DNA of 64,000 nt from NCBI GenBank assembly GCA_038496445.1, contig JALMLS010000479.1:62001-126000 (forward strand), read 5' to 3'. Positions 37,030-50,012 of the stretch are shown here, piece after piece. Made by a program: the position numbers and the translations under genes. Under the pieces are notes generated by a model. The model ran no database searches, was not told the origin of the DNA, and saw only the letters and a list, made by a program, of their open reading frames with translations. Origin of the DNA: Trichosphaerium sp. ATCC 40318. Its lineage: Eukaryota > Protista > Tubulinea. The stretch's first letter is position 1, and every line of letters begins with the position of its first letter.

Positions 37030-37898
37030 ATGCCATCTTCAATGAGACTTCAGAAAACCAAAAAGCAACCAACAAAGTCTGTTCAAAAAACAAAAACTGC
37101 AGCGTGGCACCAAAAACAACAGCAACAGTTTCAATCACAGTTCAGCTATAAAATATCTAAACAAGTACCAGCCGATACTCCTATTGGTAGCGATGGATAC
37201 AAGTGGCGTAATATCGGACGTAGACGTACAAAAGGAAGCTACTTTAAGAGGTTTTACTATCGTTGTGCGGCCACTGGATGTCCTGCAAAAAAGTCTCTCC
37301 AGCTCAATACAGACAACGAAATGATAAGGTACGATATAACAATAACTAAAGGAACCGACATGGTCTAAATTTGAAACCCAAGCGCTTGTCAATCTACCAG
37401 TTTTTTCTAAAAACCTGAAAAAAACTTTTCTTGGAGCTTTTCTTGAAACAAAACTGAGTTTTCTGTACTCCCACTTTCATTCATTTTGCTTACAATCATC
37501 TAAAGGGACGTTGTATATACTGGAGAACACACTTGTCATAAGGTTATCGAAGAAGAAGAAGAAGAAAACGAAAATACTCTATCAGACAGCGAAAGTATTA
37601 TAACGTACGTACGCAACCCACGACTCTATAGAGCGCCACTCCGGGTACTTTTCCTTTTCTGACTAATTTGGTTTTAAGCGTACCAATTAAAGAAAAGCTA
37701 CTGCCAAGTCGATACGACCTACCACCGCTACTACCGACACATACACAACAAACGAACCGTGTTATAAAGCCTAGAAAAACAATGCTGTTTTCTGTCAGTT
37801 TTAAATCTTCAGGCACGTTTAAAAGGCCTGTAAGGAATACAACTACAAAGTACTTTAAACCCTTGGTAATTATTAAACCACCGGTTGAGTACGTTTGA
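37030..37898 (+). CDS. WRKY-like zinc-finger transcription factor (variant WRNIGRR)
   Basis: DGYKWRNIGRRRTKGSYFKRFYYRCAATGCPAKKSLQ...MIR|DVVYTGEHTCH after one intron, giving C-X4-C-X23-H-X-C. Confidence 0.8.
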
Positions 37899-38621
37899 CA
37901 GAAAAGGCAATTTTTGATCCAAAAACAAAAAAAAAAAGATCAGAGAAAGTTGCCAGGGCTGTTTTACTTCCCGCTCGTTTCTTTTGTACATATGTAACAC
38001 TAACGAATAAAGAACATCCTCTTTCATGTACTAATGCTATTCAAATACGTATTTGCGCCGTTTTTATGTAGTTTGTGTTGTCTTACAGTTCAAGAAAAAA
38101 GAAACGGACAAAACGCCCTGTCATTTGATAGATTCACAATATGATTGTTCTCATACGCATTCACTAGTATGATGCTATATGCACGGGCAAATAGACGGCC
38201 ATTTCTTGATTATTTTACAATTTTACAAGAGAATCACATTACACTTCACACGTTTACAGCAATACATAAGCAAAATGGCAACAATGGATGGTGGCATTCA
38301 AATAGACCCAGATATACGCGCCAAGGTAAGCATAAAGAGAGCAAAGCAAACACGAAATAAGGTTGACCTTTTTCATTGCGCATTTTTTGATATATTAATA
38401 CATAGAAACCCTTCGCAGCACGTGGAAACACGTTTTGGTAAAAAATATTTTCAGCAAGTTTTGTTTGGTTTTTTTTTTTGCTTTGCCTTTCAAAAAAACA
38501 GTTCGTTTTGTCCATCACCTTCACTTGTTCTCCACCGAAATTAACACTTGCGATTATTGCTTTTTTAAATTAAGCTCCCACAAGCCGATTTGCTTTTTAG
38601 TTCGCTGCAAAACTATACGCT

Positions 38622-39930
38622 ATGGACAATTCTAATGGTGCTGAATCATCAGAAAAATTACAAGGCTGGTTAAAGAAGGTACGGCAACTCACCCGTCTCC
38701 GGTTTACACCCACATATTCGGGTTATTCTTTTGTATTATGATTCATTATCAAATTATATATGTCGTGGATAGTTGTGACGTAGAAAAGAGTAATATGGCA
38801 GTGGCTAAATATGCTTTTTTGAAAAAAAAATAAAAAAAATTATCTAAAACTCAACAAAAACAAAGCATTAACAACGTCACTAGTCGTATACTCAAAAATT
38901 CGACATCCTCAACTCAATTCAAACTAACCAAAACGCTACAATAACGGTTCTTATTTTTTGGGCATCACGTGATTGAACAGAAAAAAACACGTTTTACCAA
39001 ACGAACCGTTTTTTTGAAGAACAAATGCTCAATACTCATCAACAAAGTAAAAAGTTTTTTTGCTGAACTCGCTACAGCGTTTCTTTTTAAACCCCCTTTC
39101 CTTAACACCGTCATCATTATACTTGTATCTTACGTCTTTGATTAACTAAATCTTTTTTAATAGAAAGGCGATAAAGGTCCTATCAAGACATGGAAAAACA
39201 GATGGTTCGATTACAATGAAGCAAAAAAAAGACTGTATTACTTTAAGGACAAGCACGAGGCTGAAATGGGTGCGTACTGCTACCGAGGATTTTTTGCTGT
39301 AAAGAGCCGTACTACACAATCAATATATACGCACTCTTACGGCCAGTACCGCGCTGTTTGTGGAAAAAAAAACTAATCGCGATAGCCAACAAAAAATCTT
39401 TTTATTTTGTCATACAGGAAGCATTAGTTGGTTTGTTATGGCTATCGCGGGTTGTGAACTTTATGAAATTTCATGGTTTGTTCGCTAGTTAGTATTTATT
39501 GATTTGTTTTTCCATTACGGAAAACTCAAAACACGTTTTTCGTTAATCGAAGTTTTTTTTTTTTTCTGTAATAATCAGCGGTTTTCGTTGTTTATGGTTT
39601 TCTTTAGGCTATATAGACTTATCTAGAATAAAAGCTGTTTACAAACTACCTAATGTGGCATTTGGATTTGCTTTTAGCGTACCAGGAAGAAATTATGTAC
39701 TTCAGGCGTTCAGGTAAGAAGAAAAACGTGTTTGCGATTTTTTTTTGTTTGTAAATTATAATTGCCTGACTTGTTTGTTCCTTTAGTGAGGCTGAGCGTG
39801 ATGAATGGTTGCAAGGTGATTAACGATTTATATTCTATGATGTCTGATTTAATATGTAGGTGTACTGTCAAGGACAGGATTGCAGTTAGCTCCACCAACC
39901 AAGCGAGAACGAAAAGATTCAATGGCGTAA
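38622..39930 (+). CDS. Small PH-domain protein
   Basis: LQGWLKK|KGDKGPIKTWKNRWF...LYYFK...G|YIDLS...F...PGRNYVLQA|SEAERDEWLQG across five exons. Confidence 0.85.
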
Positions 39931-40346
39931 AATCTCTTTTTTTGAAATTTTTTCTCTTTGCAAAAAAAAAAATGTAATGCCTCCCTTTGACACCGATTGG
40001 GTGGTAAAAAATCTGCGCAAAACAAAGACTGTAAAATAAAATCACTGGAAAAAAAAAAAAAAAAAAACATCTCAGAGGTCAAAAATTCTATGCAAGTCAA
40101 GGCTCATAAACTCAAAAATTTGACTTGACGTTCACATGTACATCCTACTACCTTGCTGTTTACCGTAAACAACAAACAAACGTATAGCAGGGACCCGAAA
40201 ATTCACGTTTACATGAAAGACTATAGTTGACAGATGGCTCCCAAGTTGAAGTTTTTCAGCCAAAAAGACTAAAAGTATACCCGACAGTTTTATCAATTTT
40301 AATTCGTAAAAAAACAGGGCACAAATAAGGGATTTTGGCAACATTG

Positions 40347-41898
40347 ATGTACCAAATGGACGGTAATAGAAGCAATTATCGCCCAGTAGAATTCGCAGTA
40401 CCAATAGGTTATTCTCCCGTCTACGTGGATGATAGAGTGGCTTATACACAACACAACCCACAAGGAGCGCCATTGCTGCATTATGCCGATATTCACGTTG
40501 AAGAAGGCGCTCAAGTAAACGACATTTCACCAGAATCAAACGAAAATATCGTTATGGTACCAACACGACTAAAAGAAAGGCTAACACAGGTACTAACTTC
40601 GCAACAAACCCCAAAAAAAAAAGTGAAAAAAAAAATCAAAAAAGTGTATTCCCGGTTTTTTGGCGTTTAAACTCACATATTTTAACTCTACAGATCGATG
40701 ATTACAAGGTAGCGTATAGGAGATGGCTATCAGAGGCTTGGTTGGTGTATAGAGACTATCCAATACATTTTATACTATTCGCGCTTATTTACATAGTAAG
40801 ACTACACATACTTAACACTATTTGATTTTAACGCGTCGTACAACTATTTTGTTGATGTTGACCTTTTTTAGAACAATTTTTTCCAAATTTCCAGAAAATT
40901 AAAAACGTGTTGCTTTTTTGGTCATGTACTGCCTTTGTATATATTTTATTACTTTTTTTATTGTTATATTATGTTTATTTGTTTTATTATCTAGGCTGTT
41001 GGATGGCTACCATACGTTGGAACTTTTTTAAACATGTTTTTAATCGCTGGCTTATATTATGTTGGATTTAACTTGATCCGACATGGTTCGACGTATCAGA
41101 TCAATTGGGCTCATTTATTTGTTGGTATACAGATAAGATTCTTTTTCCCATTATTATCTTTACTTCTAATAACGGTATGTGATCTCATGACATCGAAATG
41201 TCATGTCGTTAAAATGAGATATTTTGTAAAGAAAAAAAACTAATCTCTTTTTTTTTCTTCTCAGATGGTGTTGGTTGTTGTTGGCTTTCTTTTTCTTATA
41301 CTCCCTGGAATTTACTTGGCTGTTGCCTTGGCATTTGCTATGCCTTTGTATATAGAATATAGTGTTGAAGGCACGTTAAAAATAGACTGTCAAAGCGAAC
41401 AAGAACAATGTTCTTTGTCATTCATCTTTTTTTTATTTTTGACTTTGTGGGTATATTCAAATATACCAATTCAATACTTATCGTGTTGCTTTAGGACTTA
41501 CTATAATTGATGCATTGGTTGTATCCGCTCAGCAAGTCACTAAACGATTTTGGGGTATATTCGGATTCCTTCTTTTTAACACTTTGTTCATCCGTACGCT
41601 CTTTACTTTGTTGTATTTAAAACACCCTTTCTTATACTTTTATTTAGTTATTGGACAGCTTTTAGTTTTACCCGGACTTGTTACAGTGCCTGTAGGCCTT
41701 TTGACAGTTTGCTTTGCGACAAGGTAAACAACCACACCGAGTTGAACCATAAAAAGCCTCCAGTTTTTTTTTATAGCACTTTTTATCACAAAATTCTTGA
41801 ACTGACAATACTTTTACAGGGATATATTTACACTTCGTCCAGAGCCTCAAGATTTTAGCTCAAGTGAAGAAGACAGCGATAATGATATTATTGTGTGA
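40347..41898 (+). CDS. Polytopic membrane protein (YciC/GDPD-membrane-domain-like)
   Basis: Multiple hydrophobic exons: VVVGFLFLILPGIYLAVALAFAMPLYI, GLTIIDAL..S......RFWGIFG, GQLLVLPGLVTVPV. Confidence 0.6.
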
Positions 41899-42177
41899 TA
41901 GAGTTATTTTGATAAATCATTTGTAATTCTAGATCCAAAAAAAAAAATCCAAAATAAACAAAAATTCGAAATAAACAAAAACAGTCGCTTGAACACAAAC
42001 AAAGTCAAGAGAGGCGTTGTACATTAGAACCCAAGGCTCTCCGTCTGAATTGTACAAAGTACAGGAAAACCCTAAACCGAAGGGCGGCAGCTGGGAAGGC
42101 GAAAAAAGTGAAACCAATGCAAAGTAAGTTGGGTTTTTGAGCATGTATTTTGAGTTTGATTACTGCTTTATTGATAG

Positions 42178-43146
42178 CTAGTACTTTAGTATCTTATGTG
42201 CACCTGTCAATGTCTTAACAACATTGCAATTTGATGTTGCATCGCAACCATGCAAGTGGATAGTATGTACACCAACTAACGCTTTCAATCCTTCATCTGT
42301 TACATCTGTAAATGATAAATCAATTTCATGTACACCAGCCAACACCTTGATACCCTCATCTGTTATTGATATACAACCATACAAGTTGACGGTATGTGCA
42401 CCCGCCAATGCCTTGATTCCATCGTCTGTTATTGACATACAATCATACAGGTTGACAGTATGTGCACCCGCCAATGCCTTGATTCCCTCGTCTGTTATTG
42501 AGCTACAATAACCCAAATTGATGTTGTATACACCTGCCAATGCCTTGATGCCCTCATCTGTTATTGCTTCACAATTTCTCAATAGGATAGTGTGTACACC
42601 AACTAACGCTTTCAGTCCTTCATCTGTTACATTTGTAAGTGATAAATCAATTTTATGTACACCAGCCAACACCTTGATACCCTCATCTGTTATTGACGTA
42701 CAACCAAACAAGTTGACAGTATGTGCACCTGCCAATGCCTTGATTCCCTTATCTGTTATTGCTTCACAATGTCTCAAGTCGATAGTGTGTACACCTTTCA
42801 ATGACTCCAATCCTTTGTCTGATATGTTTTGAAAGACCAGATCGATTGAATGCACACCAGCCAACGCCATAATACCTTTGTCTGCTGTTGCTTCACAAAA
42901 ATACGCTCTAATAAGTGTATTCTGGAGCAATGGACTACCAGAAAGTGTCTGAGCTTCATTTACATTCTTAATACTGATACAACCATATCCAACGTGATTG
43001 TGAACAATTTCTCGCAACAAGTGGCACGTTTGGGCTGAACGAAGCGTATATGTCCCTTGTTTCAGTATATGAACTATTAACTCAGTAGGTAGCGCAATAA
43101 GGTTGAACACGTGCTGATTTGTATTTTCTGTGCCTTTTTCTTCCAT
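42178..43146 (-). CDS. F-box/LRR protein (intronless, about 11 LRRs)
   Basis: FNLIALPTELIVHILKQGTYTLRSAQTCHLLREIV followed by LRRs in a 322-aa ORF. Confidence 0.9.
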   Translation of the reverse strand: MEEKGTENTNQHVFNLIALPTELIVHILKQGTYTLRSAQTCHLLREIVHNHVGYGCISIKNVNEAQTLSGSPLLQNTLIRAYFCEATADKGIMALAGVHSIDLVFQNISDKGLESLKGVHTIDLRHCEAITDKGIKALAGAHTVNLFGCTSITDEGIKVLAGVHKIDLSLTNVTDEGLKALVGVHTILLRNCEAITDEGIKALAGVYNINLGYCSSITDEGIKALAGAHTVNLYDCMSITDDGIKALAGAHTVNLYGCISITDEGIKVLAGVHEIDLSFTDVTDEGLKALVGVHTIHLHGCDATSNCNVVKTLTGAHKILKY

Positions 43147-43934
43147 ATCGCTGCAATAATCTCTTCTCTAACAGTTGTAATAAAAACTACTTAAATTGAA
43201 CAAAGGGAAATCGGCAAAGAGAGTTGAGTTCTCTAAATGTGTTCTTCGTAAAAAGGAACACAATTGACCATAAAAGAAAACTTCACCTGGGAAAATAATA
43301 GCTACTGTTGTTCGTAAGAACAATAGTAATTAATGGCTCAAAGAAAACGAAGCTAATCAGGAAATAAACTGGCTTTTTTCAATCCTTTAGAATCTGGTGT
43401 TGGTGCACATACAACCGGTACTGTTCAAGGTATTTTAATGAAGAAGAAGTAGACGGTATAGAAAATAACAAGACTAAAAAAAATTGTCCTCCTCACACTA
43501 CCAGTTGAAGTATCAGTTCATACTGTTACCCAGATAAGAGCGAAAAACTTAGCAATATATATATTTGACCTTCTAGCTCTCCCTCCAGTAGCGATGATAA
43601 TTTATATGTTTGTTTAGCTACATATGTGAATACATTTGTATGACACACAAACAATAGGTGGTAGAACAGCATTGGTGCTATCATAAAGTAGCATCAGTTT
43701 GTCCCACACTCATTTCATTCTTTCTATGTATTTGTGTTAGTGAAGTTTGAGGTTCTGCATGTCTTGGCTATACATTTCATATCATAGTACATTCCATGTG
43801 CAGTGGTCCTCGTGTTATTGTACACAACCGGGAGTGTATCATTTCACGGGAATACTAAAAACGAAATTCAAGGTTGGTCATACAAGAATGGCAATAAGTA
43901 TCATTATCAAAGCCATTCTTTTTTATTTTGTATT

Positions 43935-45289
43935 TCAATTTCTGTGGTAAACATTAACATTTTCAAGTATTTTAATGCCTTCGTCTGTCACATTCTTACA
44001 TCCATAAAGAGTAAGTTTAAATACACCTTTGAGTGCTTTGACTCCTTCATCTGTGACTGCAGTATCTTCGAGGTTGATAGTATGGACGTTTTTGAGCACT
44101 TTGATACCGTCATCTGTAATGTGTTTACAGTTCATGAGATTGATGGTATGGACGTTTTTGAGAGCTTTTATGCCTTCATCTGTGACTGCAGTATACGCGA
44201 GATCGATAGTATGTACGTTTTTGAGCGCTTTGATACCTTCAGCTGTAAAACCTTCGCAATGACTAAGGTTGATTTCATGTACATCTTTCAGAGCTTTTAG
44301 GCTTTCATCTGTAACTCCAGTTTTACGCAGTACTATAGTATGTACACCCTTTAAATATTTTAGACCTTGATCTGTCACATTATGACAAAAGGAAAGATTG
44401 ATTGTATGAACATCTTTGAGTGCTTTTAGACCTTCATCTGTGACTTGAGTGCCCGTAACATCAATTTTATATGCACCCTTTAATGCTTTAATACCCTCAT
44501 CTGTCACTTTAGTACAACTAGCAATACGAACTTCATGTACACCTTTCAACGCTTTCATACCTTCATCTGAAACATGTTTGCAGTAAAACATATTTATTGT
44601 ATGGACTCCTGAAAGTGCTTTAAGATCACTATCATTGATTGTACTCACAGCCCCATGAGGTGTGATGATCTTGCGGCATCCAAATAGCATTGAATACAAC
44701 GTATTCTGTCTCATACCATACAAACCAACATAAGTATTATCCATAATTCCCTTGTACTCTCTTATCTTCAAGATATCTTGAACATTGTTTAAAAAAATAA
44801 GATCATATCCAACAATATCATGAATGATATCTGCCATCAACTGACATGTTTGAGCAACCTTGAACCTAACTTTTACATACTCAATGATACTTGAAATAAT
44901 CTCTGGAGGAAGATCAAGAATATTTGGTTCTTTGTCAATCACGTGATTATTTGTTCTAAGTTTTTTTGGTAAATAACAAAACGACATGAGGAAACGATAA
45001 ATAACAAAACGTTTTGGAAGACGTACTTTTGTATTTGTTTGTGTTTTGGTGAATTAAGCGTTGCAGGATGCCTTGCGTTTTGTTTGATTGTGTTTACGTC
45101 ATTATCTGCATGTTTAAACAAAATCTGATCCAATTGTTGTACCAGGCTTGTATTTGATGCGTTTAGTACTGTTTCAACCTGTTTTGTGAGTGTTGACTGT
45201 TTATTCGCAGTAAGTTTACTAAACGCTTCTAAATGATGATTGCGATAATACGTCAACACTTGTTCTATCGAAACACCTGCAAAGCTCAT
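43935..45289 (-). CDS. F-box/LRR protein with an extra N-terminal helical exon (one intron); intact member of the inverted pair
   Basis: MSFAGVSIEQV...QIQK|TNNHVIDKEPNILDLPPEIISSII...AQTCQLMADII followed by about 11 LRRs. GT-AG intron at about 44957-45026. Confidence 0.85.
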
Positions 45290-46026
45290 TGTAATTCGTT
45301 GGATACACCGAGATAATTAGATATTCTCATTTTTGAATTTGCCAGGCAAACCCTTTTTGCAAAAACAATTTCCTGTCGGATTTAAACTGCACCCTCAACT
45401 CAGCACATTCAATACTGTGAACCTGTAGGCTACATAGTTGGATCATTTTTGGTAGGTGTGAGAAAGGCAAGCACTATTACCACTTTCAACGATAGCCATA
45501 TATTGACATTAAAGATCAGTTCTTGTGCTAATTGCAGCCTCTCTTCCGAACACAAGAAACGTTAGATTTTCTCATGTGACACATATTGTCCTTTTCAATA
45601 TTGCTCGCCTTATTGGATGGCACTGGAGCTAATAACCGGCCTTGTACAAAGGGAATTGAAGATTCTCAGCACTGACAAAGGGGCGGAAAAAGTAGAAAAA
45701 GATGCAACTCACGCCGCTCTCTAAACTTGCTTGGTAAGTACATGACTATTGAATCAGGATGCTGTCACCAGGTGTGCCCTGGCAACCCTTCATCAAACCC
45801 AGGACGGAAATCCAACTGACTTAAATCAAAAGAAAACGATGCAAAAAGTATGGCTAGATAGACGTCATCTGCGTTTAAATTCTAGGTGAGGGGAAATTAT
45901 GGCGCAATACACAAGAAAATATGAGAGTTGTCGCTAAAATGGTAGCCTTAGCACATGTGCTATTTAGCTAAGTTCAGTGAACCAATCCGCCTGTTTGACC
46001 CTTTTACTAACGGTCACACAACCAAC

Positions 46027-48949
46027 ATGTCTACACAGGGTGATAGCAGCTATGTGGAGATGGATGACTCTAGTGGCACTACTCCTACGCAGATTTTGTT
46101 TTGTTAACAAGCTTGTAGATCAGCAGGATAGCGGTTCTGGCTCCAAATATTCTATTAACGCTGATCCAAACTCAAACGGAGCAAAAAGCTGTTTGTTGCG
46201 TTTAATCACCTACGGAATGCGTACGGACGCGTCAAAAACTTTGAGAGATACTACAGTAGCTCCCTCTAGTAGTAAAAGCTGGTCTAATCGGTTTCAGTTT
46301 CTTCTAGCATCTATAGGTAGGAGCATTACCCTACACACTTCATTCATCGCTTATACGTATTTTTAGGCTTTGCAGTTGGCATTGGGAACGTTTGGCGCTT
46401 TCCGTACATTGCTTATACCGTACGCGCTAAAAACGCGTTTTAAACCCAATAATTTAAAGTGTCAACTTAGTACGGCGGTGGAGCGTTTTTAATCCCTTAT
46501 ATATTGGCAATATGCTTCTTGGGTCTCCCTTTGTTCATGCTAGAGTTACTACTAGGGTAATGATTCTATATCACGCTTCAATCAGAGTTTTGTTTTTGTA
46601 CCCTTTTCGTTTCAAGCCAAATTCATTTCTTTGATAGGCAGTTAACACGCACTCACGCCACAGTACGTACCTCCTTGAGGATAAAAAAGGCTCTGAAGTT
46701 TGCTAAGACTATTTGATAAGGCGTCATGGCATAAAGTACATCATAGGCTAGCAGGGTTAGGGATGGCGACAGGTACTAGAGCAAAATGGAAGTGACATTT
46801 CAGCTAATTTACTTTTCAATAGGTGTGGTTTCTATCGTTGTAGGTTCTTACTATACTGTACTCCTTGGATGGTCTTTACTATACTTTGGACACTCTTTCA
46901 GGTACAGTGGATAGTGGGTTGACACGCATGTTGACTGGGTTTTTTTTCTAGATCTCCATTACCGTGGGCAGCTCCTTTTAATGTTACAACGAATGCGACA
47001 TATGCTCAATCATTTTTTGAGGATGATGTACTTCACTTGACATCATCCATTGGGAAAGTCACTATTCCCGACTGGCAACAAGTGCTCGCTTTATTGGCCG
47101 TAAGCATATTTGTTTTTGTCTGGTAAGAATTACAACAGGACACTAGTACAGGACAAGCAAACATTTGCGTTTGTTATGTTTTTTGTTTCATTTCTGTTTG
47201 CTTTTTTTTTTGTGAGTGCCAGTGCGCTTGGTGATTTCAAATATTGCTCATTTATTCCCCTCTAGTACAGTGAAAGGCACAAAAATACTTGGCAAGTAAG
47301 TTGCACGTGTTTGAATAGTACATTGTGGTAATTTTGCTGTTTGATAGGGTGGTACTTATTACAGTGATTACACCATATGTGCTCTTGGTACGGTGACTTT
47401 AGGTTTAGTTTGTTTATGCTTTTTTAGGTTGTATTGTTCTTTAGAGGTCAGATATCGTTTTTACCCAGCGGAATGCACTAACTTGAACAAATTAAGGTGT
47501 TACTTTGAAAGGCGCTGGGAATGGTATTCTTTTTTTTGTAAAACCTGATTTTTCGAAACTTGCAGACATAGAAGTATGGATACAGGCAACAACACAAGTA
47601 CTAAATTATTTCTTTGTTGTTGCGTATTGTGAAACAGTTGGTAGGTATTCTTTTCGCTTAGCCCTGGATTCGGTGTCATCACTCTCTATGGTAGTTGGAT
47701 GCCTGCTAAACAAAAATCAAAGATTGATATTTTTGTGATTGTCATCGTAAACTCCTTGACATCAATCTTTGCGGGCTTTGTTGTATTTGCAATATTAGGT
47801 CATTTAGCTCATGTCACTGGACGTCCAATTGACAGTGTAGCACAAGACGGACCTGGATTGGCTTTTATAGTATGTCACGTGAAAATTCACGTGTGTTTAT
47901 ACTAACTGTTTCCCTTTTGGGATGTAGGTTTATCCTGAAGCGCTAGCACTCATGCCTGGACGAAATTTCTTCGCTGTAGTGTTCTTCTTGATGTTGTTGA
48001 TGCTTGGCGTTGACAGCCAGTTTGGTTTTATGGAGAGTATAGTATACGCACTCACATCTGTGCCATTCCTCAAGGTAAGAATAAAATTGGAAAACCAAGT
48101 TGCTAAGTCTATTTTTGTTGAACTCACGTGATATATTTTTTTTAGAATTTAAAGGTGTATTGGGTGAGTCTTATAGTGACCTGTCTTTTATTCGTCGGTG
48201 GTATCATCTATACAACTGGTTCTGGGTTGTACTGGCTCGGTCTTTTTGATCACTTTGTACCTACTTTTGCTCTGATTGCTATGGGATTTTTAGAGTTCGT
48301 GGGTATTGCGTACGTGCCATAATTCCTTTTTAAGATGCGAACACGATATATTAACGCTGGCGTAGATGGATTTTCGGTGCAACCAATTTTTTCAATGAGG
48401 TAGAAAAGCAAACTGGTCAAAAGGCAAGTACACTCAACTCAATTAGTCTTTTTCAACATCATTCGCCAGCAAATATTCAATTTACTCTGTCGACCCACTA
48501 CTATGCGTCACTCGCAGAGCGGGTATTAAATAAGCTTTGAGTGCGCTTTGCGTTAACACTTTCAATACGTATGTATCTTAAAATAGCTAACCCTGTGTTC
48601 TGCAGTACTCGCGCGTATGGGCGTGGATTTGGATGTATATAGCTCCTGTAGTGCTATTAGTTCTAGGTGTAGCGACTGTGGTGAAAGAGATTCAAAAACC
48701 GTTTAAGGATATGCCTCAATGGGTACACAACCCTTTTTTATTATCAGTTTAACATTTTTTTGGAAGTACGCTAAATTGTTTTTCTCCTAGGCACTCGCTT
48801 TGGGCTGGATGGTTGCCATTATACCACTTGTAGTTATTTTCGTAGCTGCAGTAATGGGTAAACCATCATCCAAAGATAACTCTGATGGCGTACTCTCCAG
48901 AAATATTGCAAACGAATCAGACGAAGAAATACAACTTGAGGATATCTAA
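46027..48949 (+). CDS. Sodium:neurotransmitter symporter (NSS/SLC6) family transporter
   Basis: WSNRFQFLLASIG|FAVGIGNVWRFPY..|YGGGAFLIPY; NSLTSIFAGFVVFAILG; GPGLAFI|VYPEAL; FFLMLLMLGVDSQF. Start codon tentative. Confidence 0.92.
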
Positions 48950-49421
48950 GAAAAAAAAAGAACGCAAGCAGGCTTTTTTGTATTATTATAACGCTAGTGA
49001 ATCTACCGAAACACAATCTATTATTACATTCAAATATAGCATTATTTCATAGCACCTAACGCATTCCTTGAGCGGTTTTTTGTTATGTCAAGCGTTTTCA
49101 CATTTTCGTGTATTTTATTAAAAAACATCTTCTTGTTTGTGATTGTGTTGCCGCTAGTTTTTCTTTCTAAAGTTAAAATACAAATCTGGTAAATAGTTCT
49201 AATGACTACAAAACTAATCTATGGCTATTAATACAAAAGAGGCACGTGACGTAATATCAAAAGGGTTGTAAAAAAATAAATGAAAAAAAAATTTACAAGC
49301 TTCCACAACTGTGTTTATTGTAGTTGTGTATGTGCACTAAATTGAACCGGTTCTTACAATATTACAAAAAGTCGGTTATATTATGTACAAAAAAAGCAAC
49401 TTTTTTCTAGTATTACAAGCC

Positions 49422-50012
49422 TTACACTGTTGTTTTCGGTACTTCTCTTTTCTGGGGTGTCTTTTTTTTGCGGGTTTTATTGGTACAAAGACCCGCTAGC
49501 TCATTCTTACGTTTCTCTACTATCTTCATCTTCCTTTGTTCCATTTGTAACAGGCGGGAACACCATTACTACAAAGTGCTTTGTATAGTGGGTATAGTAC
49601 CGACTCCCATTGTACTCTCTAAAGCCAGTTTTGAGTTGATAAGGGCCATTTGATATCGCCGATTTTAGTATTGCCAGCTTCTTTGAGTCTTCAGCTCTCC
49701 CACGAGGTATTCTGCGTACGCTGAATCTTCCTTCTATGTTTAATATTACTATAACTCATCGCTTTTGCGTTTATCACGTGGGTACGTACCGAATCTTTTG
49801 AGTACTCCCTTCAAAGGAACATTGAAATTCGGTTTTGAAGTTTCGTGCAAATTGTTTTTCAAAGACGGACTCAGAAGATCACTAATGGATAGACCGTGCT
49901 TTCGTCGTTGTATCTTGGATACTTGATGATGCGTTTTATCAAGTTTAAACGTTGTTGGAGGAACTAAAGGGTCGAGCATGAGGAGCTGTTGGCTGTTTGG
50001 ATACCTTGTCAT
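49422..50012 (-). CDS. Hypothetical small basic protein (multi-exon)
   Basis: The ATG-initiated ORF has a GTACGT donor and downstream spliceable exons. No recognisable domain. Confidence 0.3.

Noticed and set aside
42068-42079. aaaccctaaacc, a telomere-template or telo-box-like 12-mer
   Set aside because: A single short match with no supporting telomerase-RNA structure, and the telomere repeat of this organism is unknown.
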